From Hydrolagus colliei (taxonomy: Eukaryota), in the NCBI GenBank assembly GCA_035084275.1, contig CM068752.1, positions 13,206,001 to 13,270,000 of the forward strand: a stretch of 64,000 nucleotides of DNA, in the 5' to 3' direction. The notes under the pieces are model-generated. The model had not been told where the DNA came from. It was given only the letters and a program-made list of their open reading frames with translations, and ran no database searches. Positions 49,501 through 61,500 of this stretch are shown in pieces. The position numbers and the translations under genes are program-made. The number at the start of each line of letters is the position of its first letter. Within the stretch, counting starts at the first letter, position 1.

Positions 49501-52500
49501 TACCACAACCTGCTGGAAAAGTTTCATGCAGCGTCTCGGTTACATTAACACAATTGGCTTTTTGAACTTCACGTTTGACAGTTAACTGGTGGCTAATTCA
49601 GTTTTTTTTTGTCTCTGGCGTGATGTGAAGAAGTGTATTAGTCTTTTAGAGTCAAGTCATTAACATTTTCAACTGACGCCACACCATTCAGTCTGAGTGC
49701 ATTGTATACAGTTATATCCATATATGGATTACAAATATTTGACGGATCTCATCAAATGTGGCTGTTCACATACTGGTTTGGGTCTCCAGAACTGAATCAA
49801 ACATCTTATCAGCATGACTTTTGACCAGCTTGAGTTGTACCATTTGAACTCAAGAAGGTGTCTTACTGTATCTCCTCTAGTGAGGTATTTTCCTTTCAAA
49901 GCAGATTTGCATACTAACGTAAAGTTCACAAGAATGGTTTGGATAAAGAAGGCCTTTTGGCCACTTGGTCTCAGCCTTCAAAAATATCCAATGTACTTCT
50001 ATGGGATTAACTTGTTTCTCAAATTAGTCCATTGTCCTGGCTTCTGCATCCTTTGCATTCCAGTCATTGATTCATTCTATTCAAAGGAATATTCCCTGGT
50101 GTCTGTCCTACATTTTCCATTCATACTGTTAACCAGTGACCAAGACTAAATTCCTTAAAGCCCTCCACAGCTCCTTGATCCACTATTTGGAGCTCCTGTA
50201 GCTTAGTGGTTAGAGCACTTGTCTTGCAAGCTGGGGAGACCAAGCTGGGGAGACCTGTGTTCGAATCCAGGCAGGTCAGGGCAAAACCTTGGGGAAATTT
50301 CCTTACTCCACATTCCTAATAATAATCCATCCAACAAAACCACGATAATAAAATTGGTCATTTCAATCCACAACTGTTTGTGGGACGCTGATGTGCGCAA
50401 TTGGCTGCCGCGATTCGCCTACAAATATACAGTCGATTCACTTTACAGTATATTCTGTGAAGTGCTTTGGGACGTCGATAAGATGTGAAAAGCGCTATAT
50501 CAAATGCAAGGATTATTATTATTATTATCTGTGTTGGTAGTTTGATTGACATGCCTATAATCTCTTTGCTTTATCAAGTGCTGTAATTCCAACAGAATTT
50601 AAATAAAGCTACACATGCAGAAAAGAGTGGTCTTCAAAAAACACCTCAGAATTAAGCAACTATGGCAAGTGGCTCAGTTAGTAGCACTCTCTGGTGGGTT
50701 CAAGGCCCATGTCTGATCTTGGAACTCATGCAGTCGAAGTTGACACTACATTGCTGGAGATGTGCTGCATTGTAGGAGGTGCTGCCCTTCAGTTGAGATG
50801 TTAATCCAAGGACATTAAAGTTCAATGGACATTAAAGATCTCATAACCAAAACAATATTGGTGACTGCCTGTTAATGCATTGTAATTGTTTGAATCCCAT
50901 GATCAGAAGATGGCAAATAAGCTAACTTCTGCTCACGCCATTCAATAAGTCAAAGTTGATACCCTGGCCACTGAAGGCAAACAAGGATGGTGAGGCAGCT
51001 GCTGGGCTAGGACAGAGGGAGTCTTTTAAAAAAAAGTCTGTATCAGTCCCGGGCTGGCTAGGTACAAATCCCGGAATCCAGTAAGCAGTGGGTGAATAAT
51101 AATCATAATAATAATAATAGCAATCATTCCATTTTTATAGCGCTTTTTTAAAACTGGAATGCGTTAGCAAGGGTTTACTGTAATCTAGAAACATAACATA
51201 AACAGAACATTGACTTGATAAGTGTGCTGCATCATTACGTTCATGGCAACTCAATTATATTTCCCTGCCTATTCTCTATATCCTCATTATCCTTTCTCAC
51301 CTTTGTCTGGAATTCTACATATGGCATCAAGATCAGGAAATAATGTGTAACATGACTCACGTCATCACACTGGCTATGAAATGTGTATTGCTGAATAGTG
51401 TTCCTGGGGATGAGGAAGTGTAATGTTCTAGCAGATATTTTGATGATAGACAGATTATCTCATCCCTTTGTTACATACATGGTTTAGCTTAGCATCGTCT
51501 GTTTGATAACACTCTAGATTGCTTGCCTTGTATGTTTGTTACTCCTGGAAATTAAACGGAAATGAAGTTGTCGTATTTGCAGATGACTGGGTTTGCTTGC
51601 ACTATGCCATCCTGACGTGAAAGGCACTGTATACCTACAATTTGTTGTTATAGCACTGAATGTTATAATCTAACTCAGTTAATTGCCCTCTGGTAGCTGA
51701 TGGATTCTTACCTGTCCCCTAAGCTGTTCTCAGTTGCAATCTCCGTGAGGTTGTGCCACTGGTTTCCATTTATCTCCATTTAGGATTCAACTCAATACAG
51801 ACAGCCCCCCAGTAACTGATCTACCCTTCCTGATCTTGCCGATGAGCCAGGCTCATCAGCGGTGCCCTGGAATACTACAGACCCATCTGCCTCAGCTCCA
51901 AATAAACCCTGCTCACCCACCACCCCGCCACCACCAACCACCCGGATGGATGCACAGGAGCATTTGTTTATCATTAGCGGGGGCATGTGACATGCATGTG
52001 GTCTCTGTATCTATTGATCATCATTATCCTGTCAGAGCTAAACTCTATTAATTATTCTACAAATGAATTCATCTTTCTAAATCCAGGGCATGGAGTTTCA
52101 TCAGACTGACTTACAATGTTGTTCCAGCTTTTAGCACCATCTGCTGGTAGTGAATGACAGGCCATATGTACAGTACAGTATATAGAGTTGCTTTCACTTT
52201 CTTGCATCTTCATCTTCTGCTCTATTATACATTGGATTTCTTGCTGCATACTGTGTTTCTGGACACATTGAAACTTCTCTACCTGATGCCCAGAGACTTG
52301 GGTAAAACCATGGTTTTAGTTCAGATTTGGCATGGGTTCAACACTATGCATTTAGATTTTGCAGCAACAAGGAATCAGTGGTATGATTGCAAAATGGCCA
52401 GCGTACGAATACAACCAGGCATCATAAAGTGCTTTTCAATGTTTACCTACAAATACACAGTCACTCCACTCAGATAAACTTTGTGTAGCACTTTGAGATA

Positions 52501-55500
52501 ATGTTCATAGTATATCCTGTGAAGCGCTTTGAGACGTCTAGAAGACGTGCAAAGCACTATATCAAATGCAAGGAATATTATTGTTATGTTGAAGCTTTGG
52601 GTGCTATAATCAAAGACTTAGAACAAATGCCTCGTCAACTCTGAGTCAATGGGTCCAGGGAATTATCACAGGTATCTAACAGGTCAACCAAGCAATATTT
52701 CACAACAGGAGTGATCACATTGAGTTTCTTGTGAAATATTATAATTTTTCACATATTCTCTATTTTGTACTCTGAGACTGATGGGAGACTCGCAGATCTG
52801 AAGTTCCAGCATGAGTGCACAAATGTTTAAAAATTATTTTTAATGCAAAATATAATGTGTTTGCTGCATATAATGCTGCAGTTATGTATATGAATATCTC
52901 TCACCTTTGCATTTGTTCTCTTGCAGGCCATGGCTGTTTCCGATGGAGGTTAGTATTGAAAACCTGTGTGATGTCGATGGCAATGATCTGTGGTAGGATT
53001 GAGCGTTGACAGCAGTAATGTTTTACATGAAAAATGGTAAAGCGATAGATTGACTGCTAAATTTAGGACAATAAACATTATCTGAAGACATAATCTCAGC
53101 CTGTAGTGGACCATTTTACTGCACATCTGATTTCCAATAAGATTCCCTTGACCTCTGGCTCAGTTCCCACACCAGACATCATGTAGTTAGGGTGCACAGC
53201 ATTGTTGGATGTGGTGTCCTTCAGATGAGGACACTTGTTTGCTTGTTCGGGTGTTTGTTAAAGGTCTCATAATAATAATAATCCTTGCATTTGATATTGC
53301 GCTTTTCACGTCTTCTAAATGTCTCAAAGTGCTTCATAGAATATACTGTAAAGTGAAATGACTGTATATTCTCTGAGTGAAATGTAACAGCCAATTCCAC
53401 ACAACAGTGTCCCACAAGCAAGAGTGGATTGAATTGACCAATTTTTTTCAATTGTGGTTTTGCTGAGGGCCTGTTATCAGGCGTGTGGAGTAAGAAAACT
53501 TACTTACCCAAGGTTTCGCCTTGCCTGGAATCAAACCCAGCTCACTCAGTTGCAAGGCGATTGCTCTAACCACTGAGCTACAGGACTCCCATGACATCTT
53601 GTGAAAACAGTAGGGAGTTTCATCCAAATGTAGAACCCTGCATTGTTCACACGGCTCTACAGATTATTTTGTACAGTAGTTATTATTTTCAATCTCTGAG
53701 AGAAGAGGAACTGAGACTGGGTTGTGCTGACTGTAGTAGGGTGGGGCAAACACCTTTTATCAAGGTGTGAACCATGTTTAAAGCCGGTTACAACCACAGC
53801 ACGGCAGTACGGCTTTCCACTTGTCTGGTTTGACATCAATTTGTCTACTGTGGGTGGCGCTCACATCCATTTAGGGAAGTAGGTCTAGAGGCTGTGTGGT
53901 TTCAGCCCGCTACAGACTCCTCTTGTTAGCCACTCACTACGCTTCGTAGATTCAATATGGCCACTGAATTACAACTGTCTTGTCAAACTCTCTGTATAAA
54001 TTGTGTCGCTAAAACTAACTTGCTCTCTGATAACTGGAGATGTTGTACCTTATAATGGTAAGATCTTATAACAAAAGAGATTTGGATGTAGAAAGCACTT
54101 TGATCAATTTGCCTCGTTTAATCTTAATCTTTCAGAATAACTCATTGAGGAATAATGAACAATAGTAGTTTTTCAGAATAATAGTATTTTATTGTTAAAA
54201 ATGGATTTCCTAGTAAATGACATGTTGTGATCAAACAAATGATTTTCTCTGATGTAAATTACAACAGCAATAGCAAATATATATTTGTTTCGCGCCTTTC
54301 ATGTCAGGAGGACATCCCAAGGCACTGGACGTCAGGGATCTGCATCCAAACCGGTGGTTGGGATCAGGATGGGGGTTGAGGGGGAGAAGGGGGGAATGTG
54401 TAGGAGGGTGACTGAAGGCACAGTAAAAGAGGAGAACCATGAAGGAGGCATGGGAATCCTACCATAAATCCACAAGGGTAGAATAATATTTTGCTGCAGT
54501 TAGTGTGTTAGGCCCAGCATGTACTCCTTGCTGAAGAATTTTCGCAGGATCTTTTAAATCCAGCTGAACAGGCAGATGGGACCTCAGTTTATAATAATAA
54601 TAATCCTTGCATTTGATATAACGCTTTTCACATCTTCTAGACTTCTCAAAGCGCTTTACAAAATGTAGCATAAAGTGAATTGACTGTATAATTGTGGGTG
54701 AAATAACAACAAACAACAACACAATTAGATTTATAAAGCGCCTTTCACGTCAGGAGGATGTCCCAAGGCACCGAATAGCTAGGTCGGGACCTGAGGAGGG
54801 GTGGATGGGTCGGGGTAGGGGCAGGGGGAAGGAGAGTAGGAAAGTGGGGAGAGTTAGGAGGGGAGCAGAAGACACCATCAAAGAGGAAGGTCTTGGCAGC
54901 CAATTGCACACAGCAGCGTCCCACAAACAGTCGTGGATTGAAATTACCAATTTTATCGTCTCATTCCAAAAGAACGGCATCTTCAACATTACACAGCACT
55001 TCCAGCACTGCAATGGAGGACCAGCTCACAGTGAACACAATAAAGGCACCTGCAACCAGCCACTTTCATTGCTGCTCCCCGCAGCCAAATAACCAGTGAG
55101 GGCAATTTTCCATTCTGCGTGTGTATGGCCTCTCTGAAACAGTTTCTTTCCCCCAGAGGATGATAATGTTATCCCATCTGCCAGGAATGTTGATATTGAA
55201 TAGAAACTGGAGATGACACCAGCACCAATCTATCAATGCCAATTGCAGTATTTACTTTATGAAGGGCACCTCTAGTCATCCTATGTACATACATTTACAC
55301 AGGGTACTTAATGAATCACGTTGAATGAAGTGATACTGATTATAACCTGTTTGGGATCAGTCACTTCCGTGTATTATTTATGCGTGGGAGAGAGAGAAAG
55401 CAGAACTCATTTGAGAACTCTGAAAGTCTGCATTGTGAACATGTTGGCATACACGTCTATGATCATGTTTAATTTAAGACGTTTAGGATTCTTCAAAGTC

Positions 55501-58500
55501 CGTGATAGTTTTACAAAGTCTGGTGAGTGTCAGTTTGTGTGCTTACTGTAGATTGTGGAAGTCGATAGCTTGGGAATACTATACAATCAATACAATATAA
55601 ATTAACAGTTGTATACAGTAGCATCTTTCAAATGGCTGTCCAAGGTGCTGGACAGTCTAAGGTTTGCACTTGAGCTAGGAGTGGTGGGGAAGATAGATGG
55701 CTGAAGGTGTGGCCCAAGAGGAAGAGTTTGAGAGAAACTTTGAAGCAAGCCGAGGGAAGGTGGTGAGTCAAACGTGCTTCAGGAAGGAGTTCCAGAGGCT
55801 GGTGGCAGATACCTGGAAAGCCTGACTGGCAATGATGAGGTGCGCAGCGCAGGGGCTATGAAGCAGGCTGGTATCCACTAACCAGAGGGAGATGCCATAT
55901 TGGTAGGGGGTGAGATGGTTGCAGAAATAGGATGGAGCAAGATAATGGCGGGATTTTAACAACAAAAAAAAAAAAAATTACTTTTAGAGAGCGCCTTTCA
56001 CGTCAGGAGGACGTCCCAAGGCGCTGAACAATCAGGTCAGGAAGGGTGAGACGAGGGTCTGGAACTTGAATACTTTCTAGAGAATTTGTGAGTATAAGTT
56101 AAGTTCCGAGCTAATGAGTGCTTGAATATTGATAGTGTTTGTTTTTATTTATTCAGAAAGTTGTTATTATAATAATGCTTATATTCGATACAGAATCTTA
56201 TCAAATTGTTTGAATGTTTCAAAGCGCTTCACAGTACATAATGGTCAACTATTTTACCAAGTTGTCAGCTTGGCTCAGTGGTAGTTAGCTCATTGTGTTC
56301 TGTTGTTGGAGGTGCTGTCCTTCAGATGAGACGATAAACCAAGGTCTCAGCTGCCTGTTCAGGTGTACATTAAAGATCCGATACACTATTTGAAAAGAGG
56401 AGGGAGTTTATTCCATTATGCTGGCCAACAGTCCCTTAAATAAAACTGGTCACTCAGTTCATGGATGTTTGTGGTACCTTGCAATGCACAATTGGGCTGC
56501 TGTGTTTGTCTACAAGTACAGTCAATCCATTTCATAGTAAATCCGAGAATGTGCTGTGAGTTCCCTTTTAAATGTGATCAGGCGCTATATCAAGTGCATG
56601 ATTATTGTTATTATTATTGGTTTAATATCTCATCCAAAGGAAGGAACTACTCTCAATTTAGAACTTCCTCAGTACTCTATTGGAGTGTAGTTCTAGTCTA
56701 TGAATTTAAATTCTGACGTGGAATCGAATTTTGATAGAAAATTGGTCCACTTTATTAGAATATGCAAGATTAGAGTTAACAGGTGTCAAGCCTCACTGCA
56801 AGTTCCAGGAGCTTCCAGGTCCATCCATGATCGCATTTAGTGCTATATTGGGACGTCCTCCTGATGTGAAAGGCCCCATACAAGTGTAATTTTGTTGTTG
56901 TTGTTTTATATAGTGGAATGATTAAAATACCTTTCAGCCACCAAATCATTTGTTTGAGTGTTGAATAGTCAGAGAACTCTATTATCTGTTGCTCTTTAGT
57001 TGGGTCCATTTATGTCTTCCATTTAGCGTAGGTGTTGTGGGGAGGGAAGAGGTCATGGGAATAAGAACATCTCGCTATTTCTTCTTGATCCTGACATGGG
57101 ATATACTTTACCAGAATCTTTTCCTGTCTCCTTTCATTGTTTATGTGTACACAAGTGAGAATGATATTGGCCTTATCCATTTTACTTTGTAGCTTCACTC
57201 CTTCTGTTCCCTCAGTTCAAAGTTGCAGCATGCACACCACATGACTTTGACTTTTTGTTTTGATCGGCCAGATGTCTGACACCTGAACAAACCCATCACA
57301 TGCTTACGAGTATTTAAACGAAACAGAGCTCCCTGCAAATTCCCATGCATTGGAATGGAATGCGTACTCTCTACTTGGAGGGATATATCACGTTTACCTA
57401 ATTCTGGAGAGTATTTGACTTGGGGGCCTCAGAGTGTGCTTTGGGGAACTGCTGTAGTTTAACAACAACAAAATTACATTTATAGAGTGCCTTTCACATC
57501 GGGAGTACGTCCCAAGGTGCTGAAATTAACCAACTAAAACTGCGAAGCTTGCCATTGTAATCATTGTTGTCCATCTAGGACTACCCTTCCCATTGGGGCT
57601 TTGGCTGCTTTGACTGGTAGCAGATTGTATTGGAGTAGCGTTCTTGCAGGGACGGAGTGATGGTAGTCTCCAATTACTGTCAGGAATAAGTATTTCCAAA
57701 TCCTGGGCTTCTGATTGCTATTTCATTTTTAAAATCACATAAGTTGAGTACCACTGGTTATGTGGGGTATTGATGATAAGATTTAAGATTCGGTTCCTTC
57801 TGTCATTTTCACCTCAGTCCGGACGGTTCCTGTTTGTGGCATGCTACATCACATTCCTGCCCAAAGTGGGGCTTTTGGCTAATGTTCTGTAGGAAAGGAA
57901 GTAAGGCTAACATTGATATTGAAATAAATCAGATGAGTCAAACAAACCTTCACCCCTGCCTGTCTCCATCTCTATAGATCCATTAAAATGATAGTGTCAG
58001 ATGACTCAGGTGACACTTGAGCTCACAAGACTAGACTGACAATGAGGTAGTGGAGGGGTTGTTGTAGTGTCATTGCCATTCTTTAGATTCGACTTTAAAA
58101 CTGTCCCATCCAACTGTCTGATTTAATAGAATGTCCAAGGTATAGTAATACACCATCAAAATGGAACATATGTTTCAGACGTGTAAGAATTCAGATTGTC
58201 TGAGTTGAATTAAGTCAAAACTGACATTCCTGAATAGTGATGGGTGTGTGTTACATTGTTGAAGCCTGGACTCTTGTTTACAAGGCGAGTGCTCTAACCA
58301 TTGAGCTCCGGACTCTAACCACTGAGCTCCGGACTCACATTGCTGGGGATTGCACATGCCTATTCGACCAAATTTTGTACAATTTTTGTGACTAATTAAA
58401 TGAGCCACGAAACATACCAGTTATAAGATAACACAATAGATCAGAAATTAAACCTTCAGCAACTACCCTCCCTTTCCTGCTCTGTTTTGCCCCTTCTCTA

Positions 58501-61500
58501 ACTAAAAACGACAACTTACATTTATTCAATACCCTATTTGTGGGGCAGTATTTTGGAGTGCTTAACAGTGGCGGAGACTGATGCTGAAATGAGTGGGGAG
58601 GTAGGAGGCGACTATAAGCACAGCCGAAGAGGTAGTGTGAGTTAAAAGTGGCGAAGGAAGGAGCAAGTCAAAGGGATTGGGCGAACGAGTTCCAATGCTT
58701 TGGGGTGCAGTGGCTGAAAACTGGCTTTCAGTCGCATTTAAAAATGTCAAGCACGGAAATATGATTCAACATGAAGGACATTAAAGGGCACTGTTTTTGA
58801 ACAACAACAACACAATTACACATTTATACAGCACCTTTCACATCAGGAGGAAGTCCCAAGGCGTTGAACAGTCAGGACGGGCTGTTCAATGCCGAGAAAG
58901 GGAGAGGGGCAGGGCAGAGGGAAGGGGCGGGAGAGAGTTAGGAGGGGAGGGAGAGAGTTGGGAGGGAAGCAGGAGGCACGATCGAAGAGGAGGCGGCCTT
59001 GAAGGAGGCGACGGAGGGAGTGAGGCGAAGGGACTGTGGGATGGAGTTCCAGAGTGTGGAAGCAGAGAGGCTGAAAGCCCGTCCGCTGATGGTAGGGCGG
59101 GTCGGGCGTGGGACATGGAGCAGACTGGAGCCTGCTGAATGGAGGGGGCAGGGAGGTTCATAGGGGGACAGCAGGTCGGAAAAGTAGGGGTGGGCAAGGC
59201 CGTAAATGGCCTTGAAGGTGAGGACGAAGATATTGAATTTGATCCTCAGGGGGATGGGGATGATCCAATGGAGCCGGGCGAGGATGGGAGTGATGTGGTC
59301 ACGGAGCTTGGTGTGGGTGAGGACACGAGCTGCAGAGTTCTGGATGATATGCAGCTTCTGAAGGGAAGAACCAGGAAGGCCGACGAGGAGTGAATTTCTG
59401 TAGTCAAGCCTTGATGTGATGAATGCGTGGACGAGGATTTCAGCAGCCTGAGGGGTGAGTCAGTGGCGGAGTCTGGCGATGTTGCGAAAGTGGTGGAAGG
59501 CCGGATGTGGGGAAGGACGGATAGTTCAGGGTTGACTAAGATGCCCAGGTTCCTGATTGGCTAAGAGAATTGGAGTGCAGCCTTGGATGCTTATGGTGTC
59601 AGCGCCTGAAGTGCGGAGGTGCTGATGCGAGATAATCAGTGTTGCGGACATTCAGCTGGAGAAAGTTGTTTTTTGTCCAGGACTCAATGTCAGACAGGCA
59701 GGCACTGGTGGTCATGGAGTTGAGGGTGGAAGTGGAAAGGTAGTTGCGTGTGATCCATTTACATGTGGAAATTTACCTCATGTCTGTGGATGATGTCACC
59801 AAGGGTGAACATATAGAGTGTGAAGAGGAGGGACGAAGGACAGAGCCCTGAGGAACACTGCAGGAGACAGGGCTGGAGGAAAAGCCATTGGCGGACGCGA
59901 AGTGTAGGTGGTGTGAAAGGTGGGACCAGAACCAGGCGAGGACGGAACCTTCAACAACAACAACTTCGATTTATATAGCGCCCTCCATGCCGGATGACGT
60001 CTCAGCTTTGAAGGTTGAGGTGGGACGAGAGGTGATGGAGGCGGTACAGGATAGAACTGAAATCAACTTGCAGTTCTATCCTGAGTACAATTGGTTAATT
60101 GCACTCTTTCTGAGTGATTGATGACATTAGAATCTATTTGCCTTGTGAATCCTTATGACCTTTCCTTGTACATTTGTCCCCCCCCACTCCTTTGGATTTA
60201 TCTAAAATTCTAATTAATTGGCTACTCATCGCCTTGTAATTTGTAGGACATCACAGGCACAGTTAACTGCTGTGTTTACCTCCTTAACAACATTCACTTA
60301 ATTTCTAGTGAATCACTGTTTATAAGGAGCTTTGAGGCTTTTTTTTGTGTAAACGTGGGTGTATGTAAGTTGTTGATCTGGAATTGTGTAACTTTCAGTA
60401 AGTAACTAACAAAACAAAACAAAACCAATTTATGGTTTACAGAGTGTTTATAATGATTAGATAACATGATAGTCACACATTTGATTTGGCATTTGATTGT
60501 TCCTATATAACATACTTACTTCTGCTTACATAGTGATGTTTCACATGATGTGTGGTCTGGTTCTTGCAGTTGCTCTGAAATGTGGTTCTGCGTAACTTAC
60601 CGGTAGTTGAGATTTTTGGGACCTTTCCTTTTCTATTTGAATTCTAGTATGTCCATTCAGCCCATTTGGAATATGTACAGTCAGTAAAGATGTAGCAACA
60701 TGGAGTGTGAAACTGAAAGTCTCATGAGTCAATGTAATATACAGGAGTTTGTTTTCATTAAAAACAGAATTTACCCTGTGAGAAGCTTTTACTGGAGGCC
60801 AGGCTGGATTGACAGCAACAACAGCAACAAAATTAAATTTTTAGAGTGCATTTCACATCAGGGGGACATCCCAAGGCGTTGAACAGTTAGGTCGGGACCA
60901 GAGCGGTGGGGGGAAGAGTCAGGGTAGGGGTGGGGGGAAGGAAAGTAGGAAAGGTTAGTTAAGAGGGCAGCAGAGGGCATCGTCAATGAGGAAAGTCTTG
61001 AAACCGGCTTGAAGGAGGAAAGGGAGGAAGCGAGGCTAAGGGATTGCAGGATGGAGTTCCAGAGTGTGGGGGCAGAGAGGCTGAAAGCCCGGCCACCGAT
61101 GGTAGGGCGGTTCGGGCAGGGGACATGGAGCAGGCCAGAGTCCGCTGAACGGAGGGGATGGGCAGGCTGATAGGGAGACAGTAGGTCGGAGAGATAGGTG
61201 GGGCAAGGCCGTGAATGCCCTTGAAGGTGAGGACGAAGATTTTGAATTTGATCTACTGGGCAATGGGGAGCCAGTGGAGACGGGCGAAAGTGGGAGTGAT
61301 GTGGTCGCGGAGCCTAGTGCGGGAGAGTACACGAGCTACAGAGTTCTGAATAATCTGCAGAAGGGAGGAGCTGGAAAGGCCAACGAGGAGAGAGTTCCCA
61401 TAGTCGAGCCTTGATGTGATGAATTTAAGATAAGCCTACTTAGCATTAAACCCACTCTGAACTTTCACCCACAAATATTGAGTCAATTCACTTTGCAGTA

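Noticed and set aside
51841-51857. Palindrome gatgagcc-a-ggctcatc with CTGATGAG on the minus strand as a hammerhead ribozyme
   Set aside because: No GAAA after stem II and no stems I/III; a short palindrome can arise by chance.
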